Shown here piece by piece: positions 24,013 through 34,070 of a DNA stretch of 34,158 bases. Under the pieces are notes generated by a model. It saw only the letters and a list, made by a program, of their open reading frames with translations, was not told the DNA's origin and made no database searches. Origin of the DNA: Thermoplasmatota archaeon. GTDB lineage: Archaea; Thermoplasmatota; Thermoplasmata; Thermoplasmatales; ARK-15. Within the stretch, counting starts at the first letter, position 1. Every line of letters starts with the position of its first letter. Location of the stretch: contig JAVRLH010000002.1 of NCBI GenBank assembly GCA_031961605.1, positions 1 through 34,158 on the forward strand, given 5' to 3'. Both the position numbers and the translations under genes were made by a program.

Positions 24013-26211
24013 ATGAGGATCCTTGTATGCGTTGCATGGCCATATGCAGATGGACCCTTGCATCTGGGACATCTTTATGGTGCATATCTACCGGCAGATA
24101 TTTTCGCAAGGTATCATAGGATGATTGGTGATGAAGTTCTCATGGTATCAGGAAGCGATGAGCATGGAACACCAATTACATTTGTTGCAGAAAAGGAGCA
24201 TGTTTCACCTAAGGAAATTGCTGACAGATACCATGAAATAAATAAAAAAATATTTGATCAGCTTGGAATAAGTTTTGATAACTATTCAAGGACATCATCA
24301 GATAACCATAAGGATGTTGTGAAAAATTTCTTTTTGAAACTTTATGAAAAAGGTTATATCTATTCTTCAAAAATGATTTCACCATACTGCCCCAACTGTA
24401 AAAGATTTTTACCAGATAGATATGTTGAAGGAACATGCCCATATTGCGGTTATGAACATGCAAGGGGTGATCAGTGCGATAACTGTGGCAGAACGCTTGA
24501 TCCACAGGAGCTCATCAATCCAAGATGCAAGATATGTGGATCAACACCAGAATTCAGGGAAACTGAGCATTTATTCTTCAAACTGAGTTCATTTGAGGAA
24601 GATCTGAAAAAATGGCTTGAGGATAAAAATTACTGGAGGGACAGTGTGAAAAATTTTACATACAATTTTATAAAATCAGGTTTGAAAGACAGAGCTGTTA
24701 CAAGGGATATTGAATGGGGCATAGATGTTCCCATTCCTGGCTTTGAAAATAAAAAAATATATGTATGGTTTGAGGCAGTAATAGGTTACCTTTCGTCAAC
24801 AATTGAATATGCAAAAAAGGTGGGTAAAGAAAATCTCTGGAAGGATTACTGGTTTGATAAAAATACATTACATTACTATTTCATAGGAAAGGATAACATT
24901 CCTTTCCACACAATAATCTGGCCTGCCATGTTAATGGGACATGGCGATCTCAACCTTCCATATGATGTTCCTGCAAACGAATACCTCAACCTTGAGGGAA
25001 AGAAATTTTCAAAAAGTTCCAACATTGGAATATTTCTGCCAGAAATACTATCCAAGTATGATCCTGATATGGTGAGATTTTATGCAGCCCTGAATCTTCC
25101 AGAGCAGCATGATTCTGACTTTTCATGGAACGATTTCTATCTAAAGGTGAATGGTGAACTGATAGACAAATTTGGAAATTTTGTTCATAGGGTATTAACA
25201 TTCACAAAAACAAGGGTTGGAAAAATACCTATGCCTGGTGAAATGGATGATGATGATTTCATTGCATTGAATATGATACGTGAAACAGGAGAAAAAATGG
25301 CAGAACATTTCAAAAATGTTGAACTCAAAAAGGCAATGAAAGAATGGTTAAATCTTGTTTATTTTGGCAATCAATACTTTGACAGGTCAGCGCCATGGGA
25401 TCTAATTAAGGAAAATGAGAAAAAATGCTGGACAAAGCTAAACGTATCATTGCAAATTGTTAAGGCGCTGGCAATATACAGTTATCCATTCATTCCATTC
25501 ACATCACAGAAAATATGGAATTTGCTTGGATACAGGGATAAAATTGAAAATTACAGGTGGATTGAGGCACTTTCACCTATAGGTGAGACAGCTCTTCAGG
25601 AAACGAAAATACTTTTTAAAAAGCTTAAACAGGAAGAACTTAAAGACTGGAATAGAGTTGATATAAGAACAATTAAAATAATTGAAGTTAAAGATCACCC
25701 TAATGCGGACAGGCTTTATCTTTTAAAAGTTTCTCTTGGAAATGAAGAAAGGACACTTGTTGCCGGTCTGAAGAAACATTATTCACCGGATGAACTTTTA
25801 GGGAAATATGCACTAATGATCTATAACCTTGAACAGGCAGAAATCAGGGGCGTTGTATCCCAGGGTATGATACTTGCAGCCGATGACGGTAACACTGTTT
25901 CGCTTCTTGTTCCAACCGAAAAGGTTGAGGGTAAAAAGGTTCTTGCAAACAACAATGAAAGTACAGCAGAATCAGAAATATCGCACAAAGATTTCATGAA
26001 ACTCAATTTTGAAGTTGTTAAGTTGAAAATAAACGATTCCGTTGAAGCAAAAGGAAATAAAAGTTATGAAATAAACTATTCTTTAAACAAAAACTATGAT
26101 GGCCTTTTAACGGTTATCTATATTGAGAAAAATAGACCTTACATTTTAAGGACTGAAAATGGAATAATAACTTTGGACAGAGATGTTAATTTCAATGCAA
26201 AAGTGAAATAG
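24013..26211 (+). CDS. metG: Methionyl-tRNA synthetase with C-terminal OB-fold tRNA-binding domain and extra tail
   Basis: PYADGPLHLGH (HIGH), two zinc knuckles (CPNC..CPYC..CDNC..CKIC), KFSKS and an EMAPII/Trbp111-like domain (DIRTIKIIEVKDHPNADRLY). AGGTGG lies 5 nt upstream of ATG 24013, which is preferred over GTG 24004. Confidence 0.9.
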   Translation: MRILVCVAWPYADGPLHLGHLYGAYLPADIFARYHRMIGDEVLMVSGSDEHGTPITFVAEKEHVSPKEIADRYHEINKKIFDQLGISFDNYSRTSSDNHKDVVKNFFLKLYEKGYIYSSKMISPYCPNCKRFLPDRYVEGTCPYCGYEHARGDQCDNCGRTLDPQELINPRCKICGSTPEFRETEHLFFKLSSFEEDLKKWLEDKNYWRDSVKNFTYNFIKSGLKDRAVTRDIEWGIDVPIPGFENKKIYVWFEAVIGYLSSTIEYAKKVGKENLWKDYWFDKNTLHYYFIGKDNIPFHTIIWPAMLMGHGDLNLPYDVPANEYLNLEGKKFSKSSNIGIFLPEILSKYDPDMVRFYAALNLPEQHDSDFSWNDFYLKVNGELIDKFGNFVHRVLTFTKTRVGKIPMPGEMDDDDFIALNMIRETGEKMAEHFKNVELKKAMKEWLNLVYFGNQYFDRSAPWDLIKENEKKCWTKLNVSLQIVKALAIYSYPFIPFTSQKIWNLLGYRDKIENYRWIEALSPIGETALQETKILFKKLKQEELKDWNRVDIRTIKIIEVKDHPNADRLYLLKVSLGNEERTLVAGLKKHYSPDELLGKYALMIYNLEQAEIRGVVSQGMILAADDGNTVSLLVPTEKVEGKKVLANNNESTAESEISHKDFMKLNFEVVKLKINDSVEAKGNKSYEINYSLNKNYDGLLTVIYIEKNRPYILRTENGIITLDRDVNFNAKVK

Positions 26212-26212
26212 A

Positions 26213-26848
26213 ATGAAATTTGATATACACATACATTCAAAATATTCAAATGATGGTACACTTGAAATAAATGATATAATAAAGATTGCAAAGAAGGTTG
26301 GGCTTGACGGTATAGCAATAACGGACCATAATTCCATGAACGCCTACAAAAATATTGAAAAAAAAGATATTGATATCATAAAGGGTGTTGAAGTATCAAG
26401 CTTATCAGGACATATTATTGCACTCAACATCAATGAAATTATTCCAAAGGGATTGAGTGTTGATGAAACAATAGAAAGGATACATGAACAGGGGGGAATA
26501 GCAATAGCTGTACATCCCTACAGGTTCTGGAGCGGTTTAGGTGAAAAAAATATAATTGGAAAAAAATTTGATGTTATTGAGATCTTGAACGCAAGATGCA
26601 GAAAAAGTAACAATCAAAAAGCAAAAAATCTTGCTGAAAGTTTATCCTTACCATTTTCAGCTGGTAGTGATGCGCATTTTGCCCATGAAATAGGAAGGGC
26701 ATACATTGTTACGGATGGAGAAATCATAGAAAAAATTTTAAAAAAAGAGATAAGGGTTGAAGGATTTTCAAGAGATTTATTTGGAACTGTTAATTATGTA
26801 ACGCACACTCTTTATCATTGGGCAAAGAGAGGATTCAGAAGAATATGA
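26213..26848 (+). CDS. PHP-domain metal-dependent phosphoesterase
   Basis: DIHIHSKYSNDG and ITDHNS N-terminal PHP motifs, with later His/Asp motifs (AVHPYR, GSDAH). Confidence 0.8.
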   Translation: MKFDIHIHSKYSNDGTLEINDIIKIAKKVGLDGIAITDHNSMNAYKNIEKKDIDIIKGVEVSSLSGHIIALNINEIIPKGLSVDETIERIHEQGGIAIAVHPYRFWSGLGEKNIIGKKFDVIEILNARCRKSNNQKAKNLAESLSLPFSAGSDAHFAHEIGRAYIVTDGEIIEKILKKEIRVEGFSRDLFGTVNYVTHTLYHWAKRGFRRI

Positions 26849-27322
26849 TCAGGGACCTATATGCATCATTTCAAAGTACTGGTCATAGTTTTCAAATTGT
26901 ATAACAAGTTCCCTTTCCGATTTCAGGAAATAGTAATGTGACATTTCAACCGAAGATAGGTAAAGCATAATTGCCTTCTTCTCATCATCGAATTTTTTGG
27001 ATAAATCCTCATAGAATTTTGAGGATGCAAGTTCAGCATCCATTGCCTGTGAGATAAGCTTTGAAATTGGATCCTTTTCCGTTACAGTTACCCTTGGTAA
27101 TGGTACCTCTGTACTTTCAGGTATGTTTATCTTTTCTCCGGGGAACTTCATTTTGATTATGTTTTCAATCAACTGTCTGTGCTTTTCCTCTTCTTTTGAA
27201 AGGAAATCAAATTTTTCCTTCAAAAGTACATTTTTCACATTCTCTGACACCTTTCTGTAAATGTTCATTGAATCTATTTCAGATCTCAGCGCCATTTCCA
27301 GTAACTCCTTTAAAGATGCCAT
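26849..27322 (-). CDS. Rubrerythrin-like diiron four-helix-bundle (ferritin-like) protein, no rubredoxin domain
   Basis: 157 aa with two E...ExxH half-sites (SEIDSMNIY...EEEKHRQL; DAELASSKFY...VEMSHYYF). Confidence 0.7.
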   Translation of the reverse strand: MASLKELLEMALRSEIDSMNIYRKVSENVKNVLLKEKFDFLSKEEEKHRQLIENIIKMKFPGEKINIPESTEVPLPRVTVTEKDPISKLISQAMDAELASSKFYEDLSKKFDDEKKAIMLYLSSVEMSHYYFLKSERELVIQFENYDQYFEMMHIGP

Positions 27323-27364
27323 AATAAAACAATATCCTAAATTATATTTAGATTTTTTGAATTT

Positions 27365-27994
27365 TTATAATTGCTGGAATATTGGTTTGGAAATTATCAG
27401 GGATATTGTTAATAAAACAATTAGGATCGATGATTCCGCTATTCCTATCCATTTTATCTTTAACTTTTTTATTCCCAGCGGTATCCTTACCAAGGAAAGC
27501 GAGAAAATTGCATTCATTGGATTTAGAAAAATAAAGAATATGGGAATAATGTTATAGAGAAGGTAAAAACTATTTTTTCTTATTGTTGATCTAACGGTAA
27601 ACTCTGATCCTACCATAAAGAGGAAAAGGAAAATTGAATAAACATAAGTGTTATGTGAAAAGTAAATTGATGTTATGTAAAAATTTAAAACCATACCTGC
27701 TATTCCAGTTATTGCCTTAAGGTATGATCTTTTGAAAATTCCATTTTTGAAAATGTAAACAAGAAGGAAAAATGTATAGGGAATAATGAAATAATAAAAA
27801 ATTAATAGGGAAATTATTGAAAATATGAATGATATGAAAAGTGCAATTTTATCAATTCCTTTTTTAAAATCCATGGCTATTAAACCTGATAACAGTGGAA
27901 TCCAGAAAATTAATACATTAATATTTTTGTAAAGAAGCAATGAAAATAGGAACAGTAAATATGTAGTTATCCATGCACCGTACTCTATTTTCAT
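27365..27994 (-). CDS. Hypothetical polytopic membrane protein
   Basis: 209 aa, very hydrophobic with roughly 6-7 TM segments. No family recognised. Confidence 0.5.
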   Translation of the reverse strand: MKIEYGAWITTYLLFLFSLLLYKNINVLIFWIPLLSGLIAMDFKKGIDKIALFISFIFSIISLLIFYYFIIPYTFFLLVYIFKNGIFKRSYLKAITGIAGMVLNFYITSIYFSHNTYVYSIFLFLFMVGSEFTVRSTIRKNSFYLLYNIIPIFFIFLNPMNAIFSLSLVRIPLGIKKLKIKWIGIAESSILIVLLTISLIISKPIFQQL

Positions 27995-28048
27995 TGAAAA
28001 AGGAAATTTTTCCGTTATATTTATTTATTTTTTCAACTTTTTTTACTC

Positions 28049-28678
28049 ATGAACTTTATAAAGGAAATTGTTGATGAATTTAAAAATAAAAGAATAATTG
28101 GCATTGATCTTTCTGGTTCATCTGAAAGAGAAACTGGAATCTGTTTCCTTCAAGGATACAATGCAAAAATAAATTCATTAAAAAAGGATTCTGAAATAAT
28201 TTCATTTGCTCTTAATTCCAAACCTGATGTTATTGCAATAGATGCTCCTCTTTCTCTACCTGAAGGAAGATGCTGTACCTGGGAAAGATGTTCGTGCAGT
28301 GTTCATGGAATAATGAGGGAAAGTGATAGGGAATTGATAAAAATGGGAATAAGGGCATATCCAACATTAATAGAAAGTATGAGATCATTGACCAGAAGGG
28401 GAATAAATCTTTCAGTTATATTTAGATCCATAAACTTTAATGTTATTGAAACTTATCCCCACGGAGCAAAGGTTATTCTTAATTTACCTGAGGATAAAGA
28501 GAAAATTCTACGGAATTTTTCAGATTATGGTTTTGAATTCAAATATAACAGATTAAGCAAACATGGAATTGATGCTTTCATATCTGCTGTTGTGGGATAT
28601 TTTTATCTTTCTGGGAATTATATAGAAGTTGGTTCAAAAGAGGAGGGTACAACCATTTTGCCAAAAATAGAAATTTAA
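28049..28678 (+). CDS. DUF429-like predicted RNase H-fold nuclease
   Basis: IGIDLSGSSERETG ... VIAIDAPLSLPEG matches my recollection of the COG2410/DUF429 pattern. Confidence 0.55.
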   Translation: MNFIKEIVDEFKNKRIIGIDLSGSSERETGICFLQGYNAKINSLKKDSEIISFALNSKPDVIAIDAPLSLPEGRCCTWERCSCSVHGIMRESDRELIKMGIRAYPTLIESMRSLTRRGINLSVIFRSINFNVIETYPHGAKVILNLPEDKEKILRNFSDYGFEFKYNRLSKHGIDAFISAVVGYFYLSGNYIEVGSKEEGTTILPKIEI

Positions 28679-28704
28679 ATATTTATGATGTTTTACATTC
28701 TTGT

Positions 28705-29244
28705 ATGGAAGATATGATTTTAACCTTTAAAAGTTCAGTTGAAGAATCTTCCGGAAAATGTTATATTTTGAAAAACATCAATGAAATATCCAGCATAATT
28801 CTAAACATTGTTGGTAATTTCAAAAATGTTTTCATTTACAACATTGATGAAAGGTTGGAAGATCATGTTAAAAATTTATTGAAAAATATTGGTATAAATG
28901 TTATGACCGCTGAGGAAATGAAAAAAGATCCCGGAAAGCTGGAAATAGGAATAACAGGTGCCCAGGCAATGGCAGCTGAAAGCGGATCAATAATTTTCTC
29001 TGAAAATAGTGTTCTAACAGGTCTTACTTCATTCTTGCCTGAAAAACATATTGTTATTGAGTATTCAAATAAAATATTTCCGGAAATTTTGGATGCTTTA
29101 GATTATGTTCTTAAAAAATCAAGCATGATTCCATCATTCATTCGTATAATTCAGGGGCCTAGCTACACAGGGGATATTGAAAAAAAATTAGTAAGACCCT
29201 CACACGGACCAAAAGAACTTCATGTTTTAATCATAAAGGAGTGA
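28705..29244 (+). CDS. LUD-domain protein (LutC-like)
   Basis: GITGAQAMAAESGSIIF is the typical LUD/DUF162 core motif. 179 aa. Confidence 0.7.
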   Translation: MEDMILTFKSSVEESSGKCYILKNINEISSIILNIVGNFKNVFIYNIDERLEDHVKNLLKNIGINVMTAEEMKKDPGKLEIGITGAQAMAAESGSIIFSENSVLTGLTSFLPEKHIVIEYSNKIFPEILDALDYVLKKSSMIPSFIRIIQGPSYTGDIEKKLVRPSHGPKELHVLIIKE

Positions 29245-29249
29245 TTGAA

Positions 29250-30383
29250 ATGATTTTTGAAGAAGTTCATAAGAAAATTCTGAATGCTCTTAAAGATGAG
29301 GATCTGAGGAACGGATCTTATATTGGAACTAAATTTGAAATAATAAACAGGAAGGAGGCGATTAAAAGACATCCCTATGTGGAGGAATGGGCAAAGGAAA
29401 CAAGAAAGATTAAAGAAAAAAATGTGAATGAAATTGATGAACTTATTTTAAAATTCAAAGAAAATTTTGAAAAAAATGGTGGAAATTTCCATTATGCTCA
29501 AAATGGGGAGGAAATGAAAGATAAAATTGTGGAAATAATAGGAAATGGGAAAACGCTTGTTAAAAGTAAAAGTCTCGTTGGGGAAGAAATTGAACTAAGG
29601 CAATTTCTTGAAGAAAAGGGAATTAAAGTTTACGAAACAGATCTTGGAGAATTCCTTGTACAGCTTACGAACGGAAAGCCCGCACATATGGTTACACCGG
29701 CAGTAAACATGACACAGAAAAGGGCAAAATCGGTTCTTGAGAAAAACCTCAATGTTGAACTTGATGATGTAACATCAATGGTTCTTGCAGTTAGAAAATT
29801 TATGCGAAAAAAATTCCTTTCAGCAGATGTTGGTATGGTTGGTGCAAATGCACTTTCTGCTGAAACAGGTTCTGTGGTTTTTGTAACAAATGAGGGAAAT
29901 GGAGCAATAACATCAACAGTACCAAGAAAACTCATAGTTATTACTTCAATTGAAAAAATCTATCCCACATTGAAGGATGCCATAAAGGCTTCAATTGTTC
30001 AAACAGTGTATGATGGATACAAAAAAACATCATACATTCACATTATTAATGGCCCTTCAATGGATAATATTGGTCCAAATGAATTGCATGTTGTTCTTCT
30101 TGATAACAATAGAAAAAATGCAAGGGAAACATTTCTGAAGGAAACTCTCTACTGCATCAAATGTGGATCTTGTCAGTTATCATGTCCAATATTCCAGGTT
30201 ATTGATGGTGCCTGGGGGGATATTTATACTGCTGCAATAGGCATTCCCTGGACTGCGATAACAGGATCAAAGGAAAGGGCAAAGGCTCTTTCACTTTTCT
30301 GTCTGAATTGTGGAAAATGCAAGGAAGTTTGCCCAATGAATATAAACATTCCTGAACTTATAAGAAAAATAAAATCCATTTGA
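29250..30383 (+). CDS. LutB-like iron-sulfur protein (LUD domain + 2x[4Fe-4S] ferredoxin motifs)
   Basis: GANALSAETGSVVFVTNEGNG (LUD) plus CIKCGSCQLSCP and CLNCGKCKEVCP. AGGAG precedes ATG 29250, which is preferred over GTG 29241. Confidence 0.8.
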   Translation: MIFEEVHKKILNALKDEDLRNGSYIGTKFEIINRKEAIKRHPYVEEWAKETRKIKEKNVNEIDELILKFKENFEKNGGNFHYAQNGEEMKDKIVEIIGNGKTLVKSKSLVGEEIELRQFLEEKGIKVYETDLGEFLVQLTNGKPAHMVTPAVNMTQKRAKSVLEKNLNVELDDVTSMVLAVRKFMRKKFLSADVGMVGANALSAETGSVVFVTNEGNGAITSTVPRKLIVITSIEKIYPTLKDAIKASIVQTVYDGYKKTSYIHIINGPSMDNIGPNELHVVLLDNNRKNARETFLKETLYCIKCGSCQLSCPIFQVIDGAWGDIYTAAIGIPWTAITGSKERAKALSLFCLNCGKCKEVCPMNINIPELIRKIKSI

Positions 30384-30444
30384 TTTACAAAATGTCAATT
30401 TTTAATAAAAAAGATTAATATATGTTGTTTTGCTTTTAACTTTG

Positions 30445-31590
30445 ATGAAAAGATTGAAGAAAAATATTGTGGATGATATATCCTTTGGGGCAATAGTGAA
30501 AATCAGGGATGATCTTCTTACAATGCAGAGAGAGGGAAAAAAGGTTTACAGGATGGAATCAGGTGATCCTTCTTTTGATATTCCGGAACATGTGAAAAAT
30601 GCCATGATTGATGCAATTAAGAATAACAAAACACATTACACAGATTCAACAGGCATACCAGAACTTAGGGATGCAATAGCTCAAAAACTTCAGAGAAAAA
30701 ATAAAATTAATGCAACAAAGGAAGATGTTCTTGTGACAAACGGTGGTATGAATGCTCTTTATGTAACTTTCCGTGCATTGCTTGCAAAAAATGAATTTGT
30801 TATAATCCCAGATCCCATGTGGACAGAGATTGGAGAGATAATAAAATTAGCGTTGGGCATAGCTATACCTTCTAATATCTTTAATTATGTGGAAAGTTTA
30901 AAAAGCATGGATTTAAAAAATGTAAGGGCCATTTTCATTAATTCACCACACAACCCAACGGGCAGAGTTTTATCAGAGAATGAAATAAGAAAAATTGTTA
31001 ATATAGCATCTGAAAATGGAATATTCATAGTGAGCGATGAGGCATATGAGGATGTAATATTTGATGGTCTGTTACATTTCAGTCCGGGATCAATTTATGA
31101 AAACACCATATCACTTTATTCAATGTCAAAAACTTATGCCATGAGCGGCCTTAGGATCGGCTATATTCATGTTAAAAACAGTATTCTTAAGGAAAGAATG
31201 AAAAAACTGCTCAGATGCACAATAAATGGTGTAAATTCAATAACACAGTACGGAGCACTTGCAGCGCTCAATGGCCCACAGGATATTGTGGTGAAGATGA
31301 GGGACGAATACCAAAAAAGGAGGGATATTCTATATCCTTACCTAAAAAATTCAAAGTATATTGAACCATATCTACCGCAGGGTGCATTTTATATGTGGAA
31401 TAGAATAAAAGAATACCCTGAAGGTGTGAATGATTCCTGGGGAATGAGCGAATTCATTCTTAAAAAGACGGGTGTTGGTTCAACACCTGGACCTGTTTTT
31501 GGTTCAGCAGGTAATAATTACATAAGGTTTGCATTCAGCTTAGATACTGAAAAGGTAAGGGATGCGGGTATTCTCCTTTCAAAACTCTGA
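30445..31590 (+). CDS. Class I/II PLP-dependent aminotransferase (aspartate/aromatic type)
   Basis: NSPHNPTG and SMSKTYAMSGLRIGY (PLP Lys). The track start is TTG 30430; ATG 30445 is preferred. Confidence 0.85.
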   Translation: MKRLKKNIVDDISFGAIVKIRDDLLTMQREGKKVYRMESGDPSFDIPEHVKNAMIDAIKNNKTHYTDSTGIPELRDAIAQKLQRKNKINATKEDVLVTNGGMNALYVTFRALLAKNEFVIIPDPMWTEIGEIIKLALGIAIPSNIFNYVESLKSMDLKNVRAIFINSPHNPTGRVLSENEIRKIVNIASENGIFIVSDEAYEDVIFDGLLHFSPGSIYENTISLYSMSKTYAMSGLRIGYIHVKNSILKERMKKLLRCTINGVNSITQYGALAALNGPQDIVVKMRDEYQKRRDILYPYLKNSKYIEPYLPQGAFYMWNRIKEYPEGVNDSWGMSEFILKKTGVGSTPGPVFGSAGNNYIRFAFSLDTEKVRDAGILLSKL

Positions 31591-31591
31591 A

Positions 31592-32233
31592 TCAAATATT
31601 CTTTTCACATTTTTCTCTAAGCGGGCATTTATCACATATTGGTATTTTCCTGCAGTATTCCTTACCCAATTTTACAATTAAAGCATGGAACTCCTGAAGA
31701 TCCTTTACATTTTTATCAAAAGCCGATTCAACCATTTCCCTAACTTTTTCATAATTTTTTTTCTTTTCATTATCAATAATACCTATCCTTTTGAAAATTC
31801 TGAAGGTATAGGAATCAACAACAAAATATGGTCTATCCATTGCATAAAGAAGAATGGAATCTGCAGTTTCCATACCAATACCTTTAATGGATAACAAAAA
31901 ATTCCTGTCCGCTTTTTTTATAAATTCTTCAAAAGTTCCATAATTTTCTTTAATTTTTAAAACAAGTATCTTTAATCTTGATGCTTTCTGTTTGTAAAAA
32001 CCTGAAGATCTTATTTTTTCTGATACATCTTTTTCATCCATACCTAAAATTTTTTCAAAATCAAGAAGATCTTTATTTTTAAGCTCCTCTATGGATCTTT
32101 CAACATTTTTCCAGGATGTGTTCTGTGTTAAAACAGCACCAACAACAATTTCAAATTTTGTTTCACCCGGCCACCAGTTCTGCGTTCCAAATTTTTCGAA
32201 AAGTATTCTGTAAATTTCTTTTATATCACTCAT
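31592..32233 (-). CDS. Endonuclease III-like HhH-GPD DNA glycosylase with Fe-S Cys cluster
   Basis: HhH motif LLSIKGIGMETADSILLYA, a downstream Asp (VVDSY) and a C-terminal CRKIPICDKCPLREKC cluster. Confidence 0.8.
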   Translation of the reverse strand: MSDIKEIYRILFEKFGTQNWWPGETKFEIVVGAVLTQNTSWKNVERSIEELKNKDLLDFEKILGMDEKDVSEKIRSSGFYKQKASRLKILVLKIKENYGTFEEFIKKADRNFLLSIKGIGMETADSILLYAMDRPYFVVDSYTFRIFKRIGIIDNEKKKNYEKVREMVESAFDKNVKDLQEFHALIVKLGKEYCRKIPICDKCPLREKCEKNI

Positions 32234-32553
32234 TCTTTTGTTTTTTCAATAAACTCATCAGTTACTTTTTTCACATCCTTATTTGCAGGAATAATTAAAG
32301 ACCAGAAATGTCTTGAATCAAAGGGGAAAAGAAGAACATATCCCTCCATACCTTCCATAAAAATTTGTTTGGGTTCTTTGTATTTCATTTCACCATAAAC
32401 CGTAGCAGCCGCCCCAAAAATTGTTGCACACATGACAGAAAATGTTTCTTTATCTATTTCATCCGGCAATATATTCTTAACTACAGTACCATCCTTTCTA
32501 ATCAACGCCGCACCAATCAAACCTAGATCCTGAACAACTTTATCTGGATCCAT
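32230..32553 (-). CDS. Roadblock/LC7 (MglB-like) domain protein
   Basis: 107 aa. GLIGAALIRKDGTVV is typical of Robl/LC7. Its stop overlaps the glycosylase start in an ATGA (32230-32233). Confidence 0.7.
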   Translation of the reverse strand: MDPDKVVQDLGLIGAALIRKDGTVVKNILPDEIDKETFSVMCATIFGAAATVYGEMKYKEPKQIFMEGMEGYVLLFPFDSRHFWSLIIPANKDVKKVTDEFIEKTKE

Positions 32554-32600
32554 AATGTGTCACATTTTATCAATTGTCATTTTAGTTAATTATAAATTCT

Positions 32601-33488
32601 TTAATAAACTTTTCTAAAATTTTGCTCTGTTGTAACAATTATTCTATCCTTCAAAACTAACATTGTATGTTCATGCTGGGAAACCAAACCCTTTCTTTTT
32701 TCTTTAAGAACTGGAAATCTATATATATCGTTACTTTTCATTACAATTTGCATTATATAATCAGGATCCCTGAAATCCCTGTATATCCATCTGGTGGAAA
32801 ATGGAAGATTTCCGTATTCATCAAAAATTTTCCTATTTTCATCATTAACTCTTAAAATCTGTGCAATGTTCCCAAATTTAAATTCCTTTACAAAACCTTC
32901 CCCTTCTGTTGCGAATGGTTCGATGGCAATTGCCATGTCGGAGTATATGGTTTTCTTTGATCCATCGTTATAGTTTGGTATGGATAAACCAGCATGAAGA
33001 ACAAATTTTGATACCTGATGGCCTGTTAAATTATATATTGGTTTATAACCAAATGATTCAATAACCCTCTCAACTATGGATCCAAGCTCCCATGTTTCAA
33101 TACCTGGTCTTATGGAATTTATGACCGTTCTCAAGGCTGTCTGTGATGCCATGGATAAACTTTTTTTATCATTCCCTCCAATTTCTATAGTGATTGCTGT
33201 ATCTGCAATATATCCATCCACATGTGCACCGAGATCAAGCTTGACAACATCACCCTTTTTGAATATTCTGCTATCATTTCTTGATGGAGTATAATGTGCT
33301 GCCTCATCATTGACGCTTAGATTCACGGGAAATGCCGGTTTTGCTCCTTTTTTAAAAATAAAACCCTCTATCTCCTCCGCCACATTTTCAGCCTTTGAAC
33401 CCTCCCTTATAAGATCCTTTCCAATGTTAATTGCTTCAGCTGCAATTTTTCCGGCCAAAACGTATTTATCTAATTCATTTTGATCCAT
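32601..33488 (-). CDS. map: Methionine aminopeptidase, type 2 (archaeal)
   Basis: All M24 metal ligands are present (DLGAHVDGYIADTA, TGHQV, AIEPF, QHEHT), along with the helical insert typical of type 2. Confidence 0.9.
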   Translation of the reverse strand: MDQNELDKYVLAGKIAAEAINIGKDLIREGSKAENVAEEIEGFIFKKGAKPAFPVNLSVNDEAAHYTPSRNDSRIFKKGDVVKLDLGAHVDGYIADTAITIEIGGNDKKSLSMASQTALRTVINSIRPGIETWELGSIVERVIESFGYKPIYNLTGHQVSKFVLHAGLSIPNYNDGSKKTIYSDMAIAIEPFATEGEGFVKEFKFGNIAQILRVNDENRKIFDEYGNLPFSTRWIYRDFRDPDYIMQIVMKSNDIYRFPVLKEKRKGLVSQHEHTMLVLKDRIIVTTEQNFRKVY

Positions 33489-34068
33489 ATATTTCCATCA
33501 CCTTTTTAAATGGTACTGCCCCTGCCCTAATTAGTTTTGGTATATCTGATGTTAGATCTATTACGGTGGATGGTATACCCATACAGGAACCACAGTCAAC
33601 GTAAATCTTTACACTTTCACCAAACTGTGAATATGCATCCATAACAGTAACAGGATTTTTTCCTCTATGTTTGTTTGCGCTTGTGATTGTAATAGGTCCT
33701 ATTTTTTCAATTATTTTTCTAATTATTTCATTTTTTGGGAACCTTATACCAACTGTTTCACCAACAAGATTTTTTGGAATTTTTTTATTTTTTAGCACAA
33801 AAGTTACAAGGTATCCCCATTCCTTTTTCATAACCTTTTCAACAAGTGGATTGGATTGCGCATAATCTTCAATTTTACATGGATCTGCAAGTGCAACGGG
33901 AACACGCACATCCTTATCTCTTCCTTTTATTTCATATATTTTTTCAGCATTTTCTGAAAAAACCCATATTGAAAGTGCGTAAAGACTATCCGCTGGAATA
34001 ACGGCAAAATCATGTTTCAAATACTCTGAAAGATCATCAGCATTAACATCATTGCATTTATAGATCAC
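33475..34068 (-). CDS. tsaC: L-threonylcarbamoyladenylate synthase, YrdC/Sua5-domain only (TsaC-type)
   Basis: AVIPADSLYALS, KGRDKDVRVPVAL and ITSANKHRGKNP motifs. The track ORF extends to 34125 across tRNA-Asn. The in-frame GTG at 34068 (VIYKCND...) is the first plausible start outside the tRNA. The start call is uncertain. Confidence 0.75.
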   Translation of the reverse strand: MIYKCNDVNADDLSEYLKHDFAVIPADSLYALSIWVFSENAEKIYEIKGRDKDVRVPVALADPCKIEDYAQSNPLVEKVMKKEWGYLVTFVLKNKKIPKNLVGETVGIRFPKNEIIRKIIEKIGPITITSANKHRGKNPVTVMDAYSQFGESVKIYVDCGSCMGIPSTVIDLTSDIPKLIRAGAVPFKKVMEIYGSK

Positions 34069-34070
34069 AG

